Shown here: positions 63,916 to 64,000 of the stretch, one piece after another | Layout of the letters: each line of letters begins with the position of its first letter | How positions within the stretch are numbered: position 1 is the stretch's first letter | NCBI RefSeq assembly: GCF_006345805.1 | Contig: NC_043005.1 | Coordinates: 83,142,001-83,206,000, forward strand | Direction of reading: 5' to 3' | Source: Octopus sinensis | Taxonomy: Eukaryota | Length of the DNA stretch: 64,000 nucleotides | The notes under the pieces: generated by a model | Told to the model about the DNA's origin: nothing | Database searches by the model: none | What the model saw: the letters and a program-made list of their open reading frames with translations, nothing else | Program-made: the position numbers and the translations under genes

Positions 63916-64000
63916 CAAATATATGTGTATATGTGTTTTGTGCGTGTATGTGTGTGTGTGTGTGTATGAGAGAAAGAGAAAGAGAGAGAGAGTAAACCAT

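Overview
AT-rich, microsatellite-saturated eukaryotic DNA, most likely from a coleoid cephalopod (Octopus-like; inferred from the recognisable SINE/LINE families and repeat landscape, not from any database search). I found no recognisable host protein-coding gene, rRNA, tRNA gene or CRISPR array. The window reads as intergenic or deep-intronic sequence built from transposable elements and simple repeats. Most ORF-track entries are translated microsatellites. Real coding signal is all TE-derived: several R4/Dong-clade RT+RLE non-LTR retrotransposons stacked in (TAA)n tracts (140-5693 and fragments elsewhere), a young Tx1/L1-clade 3' fragment with an open ORF inside a (GATA)n tract (44945-46067), RTE, CR1 and Penelope (GIY-YIG) remnants, and a decayed Chapaev3-like DNA transposon (35671-37865). 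Non-coding mobile elements include about 25 SINE copies and MITEs with hAT, piggyBac-like, Kolobok-like, mariner and Helentron-like signatures. The best leads are a minimal type-I hammerhead ribozyme with an intact catalytic core (52073-52152, minus) plus degenerate relatives, an apparently GATA-microsatellite-targeting Tx1 element, and a TAA-tract 'ecosystem' of Dong LINEs, a non-coding TAA-flanked element and oppositely oriented tRNA-SINEs. Coordinates of degenerate elements are approximate.
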